Part shown: positions 1-8,728 of the stretch, in pieces | Layout: every line of letters starts with the position of its first letter | How positions within the stretch are numbered: position 1 is the first letter of the stretch | Virus record (IMG/VR): IMGVR_UViG_3300037961_004286 | Location: 1-61,384 of that record | Length of the DNA: 61,384 bases | Source of the DNA: a virus | Lineage: Duplodnaviria; Caudoviricetes | Direction: 5' to 3' (one strand) | Notes under the pieces: model-generated | The model's database searches: none | Told to the model about the DNA's origin: nothing | The model's input: only the letters and a program-made list of their open reading frames with translations | Translations under genes and position numbers: made by a program

Positions 1-735
1 CTAGATCCTAATCCAACTCAAAGTGTAGAGGAGTGGACTGCTGGTGCATTTGATTGTATAGCAGATGCTATTGATACTGAGGAGTTGGACGTATTTCATT
101 ATCATAAAGCAGTTATAGATACTAACTACAAATTGTGGCATGATACCAACTCAGAATTTTATCACGACTTCATGCATTACTTCAATAGAGTGTCAGGATT
201 CAATGATGAATATTTCGCTAGAAAAAATATTCCTTTTGATAACGGTCATGTTAATGTTAGCAGCTTTACTGTTAACTATGAAGAGTATGATGGATTTGAA
301 GATCGTGGGGAGTTATCTTTTCCTAATCTGCCTCCTAACCAATGGTATATGGTTGACCTTTTTCCAGGCTATAACTTCAACCTTCGTGGCTCAGCTTATC
401 GTTCTGACATTGTCACACCGCTAGGTCCAAACAAAGTTTTGATTGAGTTTCGTGGATATGGTTTGAAGAAAGATACGGAAGAAGAAAGAGCAAGTCGTAT
501 CAAAGCTCATAATACTATTTGGGGTCCTTTTGGTCGTAACCTACATGAAGATCTTATTGGTGTAGCAGGTCAAGGTACAACAATGAGAGAAGGTACTGAA
601 CGCAGAAATATTCTACATGGAAGACATGAAAATAGTACTATTCATGATGAAGTTGGAATGAGACATTATTATGGCGAGTGGGGTAAGTTTATGGATATGA
701 ATCCATCTAATCCCTTGAATAAATATGCTGTATAG
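1..735 (+). CDS. msmA: Rieske ring-hydroxylating oxygenase alpha subunit, C-terminal part (5'-truncated by window); resembles methanesulfonate monooxygenase MsmA
   Basis: Frame open from base 1; mononuclear-iron motif NYKLWHDTNSEFYHDFMH and late (N)LHED motif; MsmA assignment from recalled similarity. Confidence 0.65.
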   Translation, partial: LDPNPTQSVEEWTAGAFDCIADAIDTEELDVFHYHKAVIDTNYKLWHDTNSEFYHDFMHYFNRVSGFNDEYFARKNIPFDNGHVNVSSFTVNYEEYDGFEDRGELSFPNLPPNQWYMVDLFPGYNFNLRGSAYRSDIVTPLGPNKVLIEFRGYGLKKDTEEERASRIKAHNTIWGPFGRNLHEDLIGVAGQGTTMREGTERRNILHGRHENSTIHDEVGMRHYYGEWGKFMDMNPSNPLNKYAV

Positions 736-1213
736 AGTAACTGGTTATTTTAAAGAAGAAAAAATAACAAAAATTTTTGATAATCTCTATAATGCTATAG
801 AGTTTAAGGATACAGTTGACGCTCACTATCCTAGTAAAGTAACTTTTGAAAAAGGGGTTTATCCGATGAGAGAAATGGTATATAATAGTTGGAATGGGGT
901 TATGAATATGGATGTTAACCCTCTTAAACATATTCCAGATCTTCAAGTGCGACATTTAGTACTGCAAATTTTAGCTTGGATGTGGTGTATTGTATTTTCT
1001 ATGTATATAGGAAGCTGGGTTGTTATGGGTATCAGTATGGTTGCTCATGCTCTACTTCTTACTGCAATAGTTATTACAGTAGGTACTTTTAACGTAGCAA
1101 AAAATAATCCAGGTTTCTTTAAAAAGTTTCCAACCTCTACACCAAGTAGAGCTAGAACATTATGGATTGAAGGTAAACCATATAAAGATCCATATGGGGG
1201 AGAACACGAATAG
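725..1213 (+). CDS. Hypothetical membrane protein (possible internal start near 867)
   Basis: ORF overlapping upstream stop; two hydrophobic segments; GGGGT precedes internal MREMV. Confidence 0.6.
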   Translation: MLYRVTGYFKEEKITKIFDNLYNAIEFKDTVDAHYPSKVTFEKGVYPMREMVYNSWNGVMNMDVNPLKHIPDLQVRHLVLQILAWMWCIVFSMYIGSWVVMGISMVAHALLLTAIVITVGTFNVAKNNPGFFKKFPTSTPSRARTLWIEGKPYKDPYGGEHE

Positions 1214-1304
1214 GAGACGTCCTATATGAGCACTAACGCTCATCAACGAAAGGAGAACGGACTGCGGTCCAGCATCTAGCATTTATTAGCTAGCTCTGCG
1301 TTAT

Positions 1305-1341
1305 AGAAAAGAGGCACCGCAGAAGGCCTCTTTTCTTTTTT
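1305..1341 (+). terminator. Rho-independent terminator
   Basis: agaaaagaggc...gcctcttttct stem followed by T-run. Confidence 0.8.
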
Positions 1342-1344
1342 CTT

Positions 1345-1370
1345 AAAAAATAAAATAGTATCTCTATAAT
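1345..1370 (+). promoter_or_regulatory. Putative middle-class promoter AAAAA-N15-TATAAT
   Basis: Same spacing recurs at 5011, 8697, 12559, 21049 and 47057. Confidence 0.55.
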
Positions 1371-1392
1371 AAGTAAGTGAAAGAGAGGTAAG

Positions 1393-1983
1393 ATGCCGTT
1401 TCCAGCATTTATAGAAAATACTCGTGATGGCGAGAAAGCTTATGATGTTTATACTCGTATGCTTAAAGATAGGATTGTCTTTTTAACAGGGGTAGTAAGA
1501 GAAGAGATGGCTAACCATCTCGTTGCTCAATTGCTATTGCTCGAATCTCAAAACGACAAAGCTCCTATTATAATGTACGTTAACAGTCCGGGAGGATCTG
1601 TAACTCACGGTATGTCTATCTATGATACGATGCAGTATATTACTTCACCAATTCACACGGTGGTGATAGGTCAAGCAGCATCTATGGCTTCGTTGCTCGC
1701 TTGTTCTGGTGCTCATAGATCTATCACTACCAACTCTCGTCATATGATTCATCAACCTTTAGGAGGAGCTTCAGGTCAAGCTACAGATGTTCTTATTCAT
1801 GCTAATGAACTGGTTAGATGGAAAGAAGTTCTGACTAGTATTTATCAGAAACATACAGGTCAAGATTATGATAAACTGGTAGCAGATATGGAAAGAGATA
1901 ATTATATGACAGCAGAACAAGCTAAAGAATATAATCTAGTTGATATTATAGTGGAGAATAGAGTTGAAAGTACAACTGATTGA
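1393..1983 (+). CDS. clpP: ATP-dependent Clp protease proteolytic subunit
   Basis: YDVYTRMLKDRIVFL, NSPGGS, QAASM catalytic Ser, MIHQP catalytic His, ERD motif. Confidence 0.95.
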   Translation: MPFPAFIENTRDGEKAYDVYTRMLKDRIVFLTGVVREEMANHLVAQLLLLESQNDKAPIIMYVNSPGGSVTHGMSIYDTMQYITSPIHTVVIGQAASMASLLACSGAHRSITTNSRHMIHQPLGGASGQATDVLIHANELVRWKEVLTSIYQKHTGQDYDKLVADMERDNYMTAEQAKEYNLVDIIVENRVESTTD

Positions 1984-2608
1984 TAGTCTAGGTAGTGACG
2001 TAAATGTAGTAAATGCTGCTAGAGTATCTTTTGCAAAAGAAGTTTCTGAATTTTCTGATAGAGATGAAAAACTAATTAATTATCTTGCTTCTCACGATCA
2101 TTGGACTCCGTTTAGTCAGGTTCAATATCAGGTAAGAATTAGCGCACCCATTTTTGTAGCTCGTCAATGGTATAAACATCAGATAGGTATTTCTCGTAAT
2201 GAAGTATCTAGACGATACGTTGATTATACTCCAGAAGTGTATGCTAATAGATTATGGAGAAAAAGACCTGAAAATAAAAAGCAAGGTTCTTCTGATACTA
2301 GTTTCTTTACTGAATCTGAACTTGATACTGTTACTTTTATTTACGATGATGCTGTTAGACATGCTAAAGATGCTTATGCTGCTCTAATAGAAAAAGGAGT
2401 AGCTCCTGAACAAGCAAGAGCAGTTCTTCCTCAAGGTACTTATACAGAATGGGTCGAAACAGGTAGTTTAGCTGCTGCAGCTAGAATTGTTAGTTTACGT
2501 GACCAAGATGATGCTCAGAAAGAAATTAGAGATCTTGCTATAATGTTAGCTAAAGAAGTAAAAGATATAGCTCCTGTGAGCTGGAAAGCACTTACTAATG
2601 CGCATTGA
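1964..2608 (+). CDS. thyX: Flavin-dependent thymidylate synthase
   Basis: [38 protein letters not shown]; TTG start. Confidence 0.93.
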   Translation: MKVQLIDSLGSDVNVVNAARVSFAKEVSEFSDRDEKLINYLASHDHWTPFSQVQYQVRISAPIFVARQWYKHQIGISRNEVSRRYVDYTPEVYANRLWRKRPENKKQGSSDTSFFTESELDTVTFIYDDAVRHAKDAYAALIEKGVAPEQARAVLPQGTYTEWVETGSLAAAARIVSLRDQDDAQKEIRDLAIMLAKEVKDIAPVSWKALTNAH

Positions 2609-3632
2609 GAATGACATAAAATTAGACTTTAAAGATGTTCTAATTAGACCTAAAAGATCAGAACTAAGTTCTAGATCTGAAGTAGTTTTAGATAGAAACT
2701 TTAAAGTAAACGAAAACGATGAATATAACTGGGTAGGTATTCCTATAGTTGCATCTAATATGGATACTACAGGTACTATAGAAATAGCTAAAATACTTAG
2801 AGAGTTTAAACTTTTAACTTTTTTACATAAGCATTATGAAGTAGAAGATCTATATAATATATTTTTTGAGCCTCAAGAGTATGTAGGTTACTCTATGGGT
2901 ATAACTGATTTAGATGTAAAAAAATGGGAACAGCTTCAGTCTAAATTACCAGTAGGTAATATTAAATGGGTTTGTATTGATGTAGCTAATGGTTATACAG
3001 AACGTTTTATAGAATTTGTAAAAGACTTTAAAGAAGCTAACCCTTCTATAAGGTTAGTTGCTGGTAATGTAGTTACTGGAGATATTACAGAGCAATTAAT
3101 CTTAGCAGGAGCAGATGTAGTTAAAGTAGGTATAGGTCCTGGTAGTGTTTGTACAACTAGAATTCAAACTGGTGTAGGTTATCCTCAATTATCATCTATA
3201 ATTGAATGCGCTGATGCTGCTCATGGTTTAGGTGGTAGAATTATGGCAGATGGAGGTTGTACTTGTCCTGGAGATGTAGCTAAAGCATTTGGAGCTAATG
3301 CTGATTTTGTTATGATAGGTGGTATGTTTGCTGGTCATGAAGAATCAGGAGGAGAAACTATCACAGAAAACGGAGAGTTATATAAAGTTTTCTATGGTAT
3401 GTCATCTGATACTGCTATGGAAAAGTATGCCGGAGGAGTAGCTGAATATAGATCTTCTGAAGGTAAAACTGTAAAAATTCCTTTTAGAGGTTCTATTGCT
3501 AATACAGTACAAAGTCTTTTAGGAGGTCTTAGAAGTTCTTGTACTTATGTAGGAGCAAGAGAACTAAGAGAGCTTTCTAAATGTACTACTTTTGTAAGAG
3601 TAAACGAAACACATAACAAGGTATTTGAATAA
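2598..3632 (+). CDS. guaC: GMP reductase
   Basis: [44 protein letters not shown]; no CBS domains. Confidence 0.95.
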   Translation: MRIENDIKLDFKDVLIRPKRSELSSRSEVVLDRNFKVNENDEYNWVGIPIVASNMDTTGTIEIAKILREFKLLTFLHKHYEVEDLYNIFFEPQEYVGYSMGITDLDVKKWEQLQSKLPVGNIKWVCIDVANGYTERFIEFVKDFKEANPSIRLVAGNVVTGDITEQLILAGADVVKVGIGPGSVCTTRIQTGVGYPQLSSIIECADAAHGLGGRIMADGGCTCPGDVAKAFGANADFVMIGGMFAGHEESGGETITENGELYKVFYGMSSDTAMEKYAGGVAEYRSSEGKTVKIPFRGSIANTVQSLLGGLRSSCTYVGARELRELSKCTTFVRVNETHNKVFE

Positions 3633-3997
3633 TGTCTAAAGATGACTTCATAAATGAAAACTACACTTTTACTAAAGATACAATAATAAATAATGAGTTA
3701 GACTCCTCTATTTCATACGATTTTTTTAATAAAAATAATTTACCAGAGGTTCTAAGAAGTTGCTTAGAGTTTTTGCAATCAAGCGGTTATCCTTATGTTA
3801 CCAAACTAGTTGCAGTTAAAGAAGACGGCGAAGAGTTAGCGTCTGATGATGATATTAGTGAAGAGATTTTTGAAGTCTTAAACACTGTAGTAGAAGAATT
3901 AGATACAATTAGAGCTAATAAACGCAAAGAAATTAAACCTAAATTAGAAGTGGTTGTATCTAATGATGATGAAAATAACAGCACTGATAGCACTTAG
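3632..3997 (+). CDS. Hypothetical acidic protein
   Basis: ORF coupled to guaC by TAATG. Confidence 0.7.
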   Translation: MSKDDFINENYTFTKDTIINNELDSSISYDFFNKNNLPEVLRSCLEFLQSSGYPYVTKLVAVKEDGEELASDDDISEEIFEVLNTVVEELDTIRANKRKEIKPKLEVVVSNDDENNSTDST

Positions 3998-4313
3998 TCT
4001 AGCTATTCTATCTCCTGCATATGCAAGCGAAAAATGGGTACAAAAACCTGTACAGTGTGGTTCTCCTGATAAAGCTAAAGGTATTTTAGAAGAATACGGT
4101 GAAAAAGCTATTTTAGGAGGACTTACTAATGTCAAAGGTCCTGACGATAATAGAGATTTTTATTACCCTTTATATGTTTTTGCTAATACTGAAACCGGTT
4201 CATTTACTATTATAGAATATCATTTAGGATCTAATGAAGTTTGTGTAATTGGTTATGGTAATGGTTTAGACTTTGACGTGCAGAAATTCTTTGAACCTAA
4301 GAATGAATCGTAA
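3963..4313 (+). CDS. Hypothetical exported protein
   Basis: Signal peptide ending AYA; KPVQCG and late Cys pair typical of marine phage small secreted proteins. Confidence 0.7.
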   Translation: MMMKITALIALSLAILSPAYASEKWVQKPVQCGSPDKAKGILEEYGEKAILGGLTNVKGPDDNRDFYYPLYVFANTETGSFTIIEYHLGSNEVCVIGYGNGLDFDVQKFFEPKNES

Positions 4314-4384
4314 TAAATAAATAGTCCAGGTTGCTCCTGTAGTTAAAACAGCCAAATAAAAATAAAATTTTTTTTGGAGCAACG

Positions 4385-4555
4385 ATGGAATTTTACGAAA
4401 ACATATTCATAACTACCCTTATAACTGTAGTAGGCTTTATTGCTTGGCGCGTTTGGACTATAGAATCTAACCACCTAAGGCATTTGAATGAAGATATCAA
4501 AGAGCTTAAAACTGATATTAAGTGGCTTATCGAATTTCATAAAAAAGAAAAGTAG
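4385..4555 (+). CDS. Small membrane/coiled-coil protein, holin-like (not in ORF track)
   Basis: 56 aa MEFYENIFITTLITVVGFIAWRVW...; GGAG RBS; ATAAATA late promoter at about 4313; overlaps the glucosaminidase gene. Confidence 0.6.
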   Translation: MEFYENIFITTLITVVGFIAWRVWTIESNHLRHLNEDIKELKTDIKWLIEFHKKEK

Positions 4556-5027
4556 TCTATTACTTTTTCTTTTGCTTTTCCCCACCCCTTTATCAGCACT
4601 CTCACAAGCTGAACATACTTTTATTAGACAAATAGACTACTGTTTATCTCAACTATATAAACGTATAGATGAAGATAGACATATAGATAGACAAATTATT
4701 ATAGCTATGGCTTCGTTAGAATCTAATTATGGTAGAAGTAGGTTTGCTTTAGAAGGATATAATTTTTTTGGAATTAGAACTAATAATTTAGATAGACCTC
4801 ATATCAAGCCAAAAGGTTATAAAAATCCTAATTTCGGTCTTATAAAATTTAAACATTTTTGCGAAAGTGTTAATTATACGGTTTGGACTTTAAATGACCA
4901 TCCAGCTCATAAAAAATTTAGTAAATCAAAAAACGTTAATGACTTAATAAACTGGGCTACAGATCCTGATTATATAAAGAAGATAAAAGAACGTATCAAA
5001 ACTCATTCAGAAAAAAGTCATAACTAA
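4488..5027 (+). CDS. Glucosaminidase (GH73/Bax-like) peptidoglycan hydrolase
   Basis: IIAMASLESNYGRSRFA, NFFGI, WATDPDY motifs; N-terminal signal-like segment. Confidence 0.8.
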   Translation: MKISKSLKLILSGLSNFIKKKSSLLLFLLLFPTPLSALSQAEHTFIRQIDYCLSQLYKRIDEDRHIDRQIIIAMASLESNYGRSRFALEGYNFFGIRTNNLDRPHIKPKGYKNPNFGLIKFKHFCESVNYTVWTLNDHPAHKKFSKSKNVNDLINWATDPDYIKKIKERIKTHSEKSHN

Positions 5028-5048
5028 CCTTATAATATATATGGAGGT

Positions 5049-5603
5049 GTGATTATGGCAAGAAGATCTAAAGTCGATATGTCAGCGAATATTAAAGCGC
5101 TGCTTGATCAAGAAAAACCAGAACCTAAAAAAGTTAGACGTCGTAGAAAACCTATGACAGATGCGCAGAAAAAAGCAGCTGCTGAACGTCTAGCAAAAGC
5201 TAGAGCTGCTAAGAAACCTGCTAAAGGTAAAACTTATCATGAAGTTTGTTATGATGAAAAAAGATGTTTTAAACCTCTTAAAGATGTACAAGCTTGGCTT
5301 AAAGAAGCAAAAGAACAAGCATATGCTTCTAAAAAAGATATGCAACGTTTAAAAGATGGAACAAAAGACTGGTCAGTTGCTTCAGATAAGTATCATTTTT
5401 GGTACGGTTATGTAAATGATATTAATTGGTATCTACGTCATGGAGATTGGATATCAAATACTTATGGTTCACAGCAACAAAATAAAACTAAATGGAAGAC
5501 TATCGTTCATGCATATTATCCTGATGGTACAAGAAAAGATCAAGTAAAAGATACTATAATAGAGGATAAACCCAAGAAAAGACGTAAGAGGAAAACGAAA
5601 TGA
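5049..5603 (+). CDS. Conserved basic hypothetical protein upstream of sliding clamp
   Basis: RRRRKPMT..AAAERLAKARA, YLRHGDW; strong RBS and promoter at 5011-5036. Confidence 0.75.
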   Translation: MIMARRSKVDMSANIKALLDQEKPEPKKVRRRRKPMTDAQKKAAAERLAKARAAKKPAKGKTYHEVCYDEKRCFKPLKDVQAWLKEAKEQAYASKKDMQRLKDGTKDWSVASDKYHFWYGYVNDINWYLRHGDWISNTYGSQQQNKTKWKTIVHAYYPDGTRKDQVKDTIIEDKPKKRRKRKTK

Positions 5604-6253
5604 AGCTGTCTAAAAAGACTTTAGCTATCTTAAAAAACTTTGCTACTATTAATCAATCGATTGTAGTTAACCCAGGAAATAAACTAGAAACTATCTCTAA
5701 TGTAAAAGATATTTTTGCTAAAGTAGATGTAGATGAAACGTTTGATAAAACGTTTGCTATTTACGATCTTAATGAATTTTTAGGTGTAGTGAGTCTATTT
5801 GAAGACCCTGATTTTGAGTTTGGAGATGGAGAAGTAATTATTTCTCAAGGTAAGATGAAGCAGAAATATTATTATGCTGACCCTGCTGTAATTACAGCTC
5901 CACCTGAAAAGGGTGTATCTCTTCCTTCTGTAGAAGTCAAAGCGTCTATGAAAAAAGAGCAATGGGGCGTAGCTGTTAGAGCTGCTTCAGCTAATAACGC
6001 TTCTACTCTTACGTTTACTAATGGTGATATTTTACTACATGATAAAGGCGTTCCTAACTCTAATAACTTTGTATTCGAAGGAGTTGCAAGTCATGAAGTA
6101 GATTACAATTTATCTATAGCAGTAGAAAAGCTTAAAATGATTATGGACGATTACGAAGTAGAAGTTTGTTCTAAAGGTTTAGCAAGGTTTAATGGAGCTC
6201 AAGGCATTGAATATTTTATCGCGTTGCTGCCGGATGGTAAATATGGCTCTTAA
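5600..6253 (+). CDS. 45: Sliding clamp (T4 gp45-like)
   Basis: MKLSKKTLAILKNFATINQSI, FAIYDLNEFLG, YFIA C-terminus. Confidence 0.95.
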   Translation: MKLSKKTLAILKNFATINQSIVVNPGNKLETISNVKDIFAKVDVDETFDKTFAIYDLNEFLGVVSLFEDPDFEFGDGEVIISQGKMKQKYYYADPAVITAPPEKGVSLPSVEVKASMKKEQWGVAVRAASANNASTLTFTNGDILLHDKGVPNSNNFVFEGVASHEVDYNLSIAVEKLKMIMDDYEVEVCSKGLARFNGAQGIEYFIALLPDGKYGS

Positions 6254-6500
6254 TAAAGAACAAAGAGAAGGTTTAGAAAGTTCTATTTTCGATGCGCATT
6301 TTGCAGCTAATAAATTTATAGAATCTGGTAAAGACATTCATAAAAAATTATTAGAAATAAGTGTAAATGAAGCAATACAAACATTAGAAGCAGTTAAAGA
6401 CGAAATAAAAGATGATGACATGGTTGGAAATTATAAAATTCATTTATTAGTTCCTCTTCAATTGTATGAAGTAATAAAAGCTAGAAAAGCTAATGAGTAA
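6243..6500 (+). CDS. Hypothetical protein
   Basis: ORF in operon; ATG overlapping end of gp45. Confidence 0.6.
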   Translation: MALNKEQREGLESSIFDAHFAANKFIESGKDIHKKLLEISVNEAIQTLEAVKDEIKDDDMVGNYKIHLLVPLQLYEVIKARKANE

Positions 6501-6684
6501 AAATTACGATAAAAAATGGAGTAATACTTTTAAAGATTTTAACTCCTTAGGTAAAAGTGGAGTAGTAACAGGTAACGCTGTTGCTATTGAAGTAGATGGC
6601 AAAGTTTATGAAACTTTGAAGCAAGCTAAAGAAGAGACAGGGAAATCTCTTTGGTGGCTTAAAAAACATGGTAAAGTATTATAA
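6493..6684 (+). CDS. Small HTH-like (NUMOD1-like) protein
   Basis: IEVDGKVYETLKQAKEETG pattern. Confidence 0.5.
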   Translation: MSKNYDKKWSNTFKDFNSLGKSGVVTGNAVAIEVDGKVYETLKQAKEETGKSLWWLKKHGKVL

Positions 6685-6704
6685 TATTACTGTGCGATGA
6701 GGGT

Positions 6705-7640
6705 ATGATGAAAAGCGATTTCCTTTATGTAGAAAAATACCGTCCTAAGACTATCGAAGAGTGTATCTTACCTGATAGTATTAAGAAAGTATTTCTTACC
6801 CTTCGAAATAAAGGAGAGATCATCAACCTATTGCTCTCTGGTGGGGCAGGTACTGGTAAGACCTCAGTAGCTAGAGCTCTTTGTAATGAACTGGATTGTG
6901 ATTATATTATAATTAACGGTTCAGAATCGCGCGGTATAGACATGGTAAGGCAGCAAGTATCCTCATTTGCATCTACCATGTCTACAAACGGCAAGGTGAA
7001 AGTTGTGATTCTCGATGAAGCGGATTACATCACACCCGAAGCACAAGCTGCTCTCCGTAATTTGATTGAGTCCTTCTCTTCATCTTGCCGTTTCATTCTT
7101 ACTTGTAACTTTAAAGCTAAAATTATTCAACCTTTACATTCTCGTTGTTCTGTAGTTGACTTTACTATAGATAAAAGTGAACTACCTAAGCTACAAGCTG
7201 AGTTTGCTAAAAGAGTCATATCTATACTTAAAACTGAGCAGGTAGAGTTTAACACTGAAGTAATTTTAGAAGTTATTAAACGTTACTTTCCTGATAATCG
7301 TAGATGTCTAAATGAACTGCAACGATATGCTAATATTTCAGGTAATATCGATACAGGTATATTATCCGTTGTTGATAGCTCTAAAGTAAAAACTTTAGTA
7401 GAATTTATTAAGAAGAAAGATTTTAAGTCTTGCCGTCAGTGGATAGCTGACAATCCTGATCCAGATGTGTTGTTTAGCGAGTTGTATATAAATATATCTA
7501 GTTTGGTAGACTCTGCATCTATACCTGAACTTATCTTAATTATGGGTGAGTATCAACATAGAGCTGCTTTTGTTGCATCTCAAGAGATAAACTTAGCAGC
7601 GTTTGTAGTAGAGGTTATGAAAAGTGTAAAATGGAAATAA
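6705..7640 (+). CDS. 44: Clamp loader large subunit (gp44)
   Basis: VEKYRP, Walker A GGAGTGKT, ILDEAD, SRC motif. Confidence 0.95.
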   Translation: MMKSDFLYVEKYRPKTIEECILPDSIKKVFLTLRNKGEIINLLLSGGAGTGKTSVARALCNELDCDYIIINGSESRGIDMVRQQVSSFASTMSTNGKVKVVILDEADYITPEAQAALRNLIESFSSSCRFILTCNFKAKIIQPLHSRCSVVDFTIDKSELPKLQAEFAKRVISILKTEQVEFNTEVILEVIKRYFPDNRRCLNELQRYANISGNIDTGILSVVDSSKVKTLVEFIKKKDFKSCRQWIADNPDPDVLFSELYINISSLVDSASIPELILIMGEYQHRAAFVASQEINLAAFVVEVMKSVKWK

Positions 7641-7867
7641 GAGAAGGTATATTTAGATTATTGAAAAAAATTATTAACGAGAACAGCTTAACTCTAGCTG
7701 TAATCTATACTCTTGGTCATGTTATAATAGCAATGAATGTAGTTTATTGGCTTACAGGATCAACTATATGGGAAGCTGGAGTAGTAGCCTTAGTAGAACC
7801 TTGCATTAACGGTGTATGGTTTTATGTTCTACATAAGACATGGGTTAAGTTAACGAATGGAAATTGA
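7631..7867 (+). CDS. Small membrane protein (DUF2061-like)
   Basis: YTLGHVIIA, ALVEP.IN..WFY.LH pattern. Confidence 0.6.
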   Translation: MEIREGIFRLLKKIINENSLTLAVIYTLGHVIIAMNVVYWLTGSTIWEAGVVALVEPCINGVWFYVLHKTWVKLTNGN

Positions 7868-8288
7868 CTTATTCGGTAATATTATTCAGCAAGAGAAAGA
7901 CTACAATACAGAAACTCGTAGTGATTCTCCCTTTGTATACATGAATAATATTTCTAAGAAAGACTATCCTGATAGTCTAGAAGGTTATAATCCTTTCCTT
8001 ACTAATCTTGGCTTTAGTCAAAGACAAGATACGGTTCTCTATGCAAACGAGATGAATAAGTATGCTGATTTACCTGAAGAAGCTCAGTTTGACTTCTATT
8101 TTTATAGTCTACCTAAGAAAAATTATTTTGCTAAGTGGGCAAAGAAAATGAAAAGAGAAGAAACAGAGATGATTATGGAGTACTTCAAAGTTTCATATAA
8201 AGTAGCTAAGCAGTATGAAAAGATATTAGAAGAAAAACAGCTACAACAAATTAAGAAATGGTATGAAACTAGAAAGGGAGGAAAATAA
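7857..8288 (+). CDS. 62: Clamp loader small subunit (gp62)
   Basis: YNPFLTN..DTVLYANEMN, QFDF, KWAKK; position after gp44. Confidence 0.9.
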   Translation: MEIDLFGNIIQQEKDYNTETRSDSPFVYMNNISKKDYPDSLEGYNPFLTNLGFSQRQDTVLYANEMNKYADLPEEAQFDFYFYSLPKKNYFAKWAKKMKREETEMIMEYFKVSYKVAKQYEKILEEKQLQQIKKWYETRKGGK

Positions 8289-8312
8289 ATAATCTAGCGG
8301 GTCTTCTTAATT

Positions 8313-8714
8313 ATGGAAGATAAAATGTTAGATAATTTATTAGAAGTGCGATTGCGAGAAAGAGAAGATTTCCTTAAGATCGTTGAAACCTTAACTCGTA
8401 TAGGTATATCTACAAGAGATAAAAGATTAGTGCAAACTTGTCATCTATTTCATAAGAGAGGCAAGTACTATGTATGTCATTTTAAAGAGTTGTTTAAAAT
8501 TGACGGTGTAGATAAAACGATGATTACAGAAGAAGATATTGAACGAAGAAATGCTATAGCTAAGCTTCTACAAGAGTGGGGCTTATGTCATATTATAGAT
8601 AAAGATAAAGCAGAACCAAGTTCATTGAACAGAATTAAGATAGTTCCTTTTTCTAAAAAAAGTGAATATACCCTCAAACAAAATTACACCATTGGCAAAA
8701 AGGCTGAGTATTAG
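8313..8714 (+). CDS. regA: Translational repressor RegA
   Basis: DFLKIVETLTRIGI, QTCHLFHKRGKYY.CHFKELF, KQNYTIG. Confidence 0.95.
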   Translation: MEDKMLDNLLEVRLREREDFLKIVETLTRIGISTRDKRLVQTCHLFHKRGKYYVCHFKELFKIDGVDKTMITEEDIERRNAIAKLLQEWGLCHIIDKDKAEPSSLNRIKIVPFSKKSEYTLKQNYTIGKKAEY

Positions 8715-8728
8715 ACTATAATATAGTT

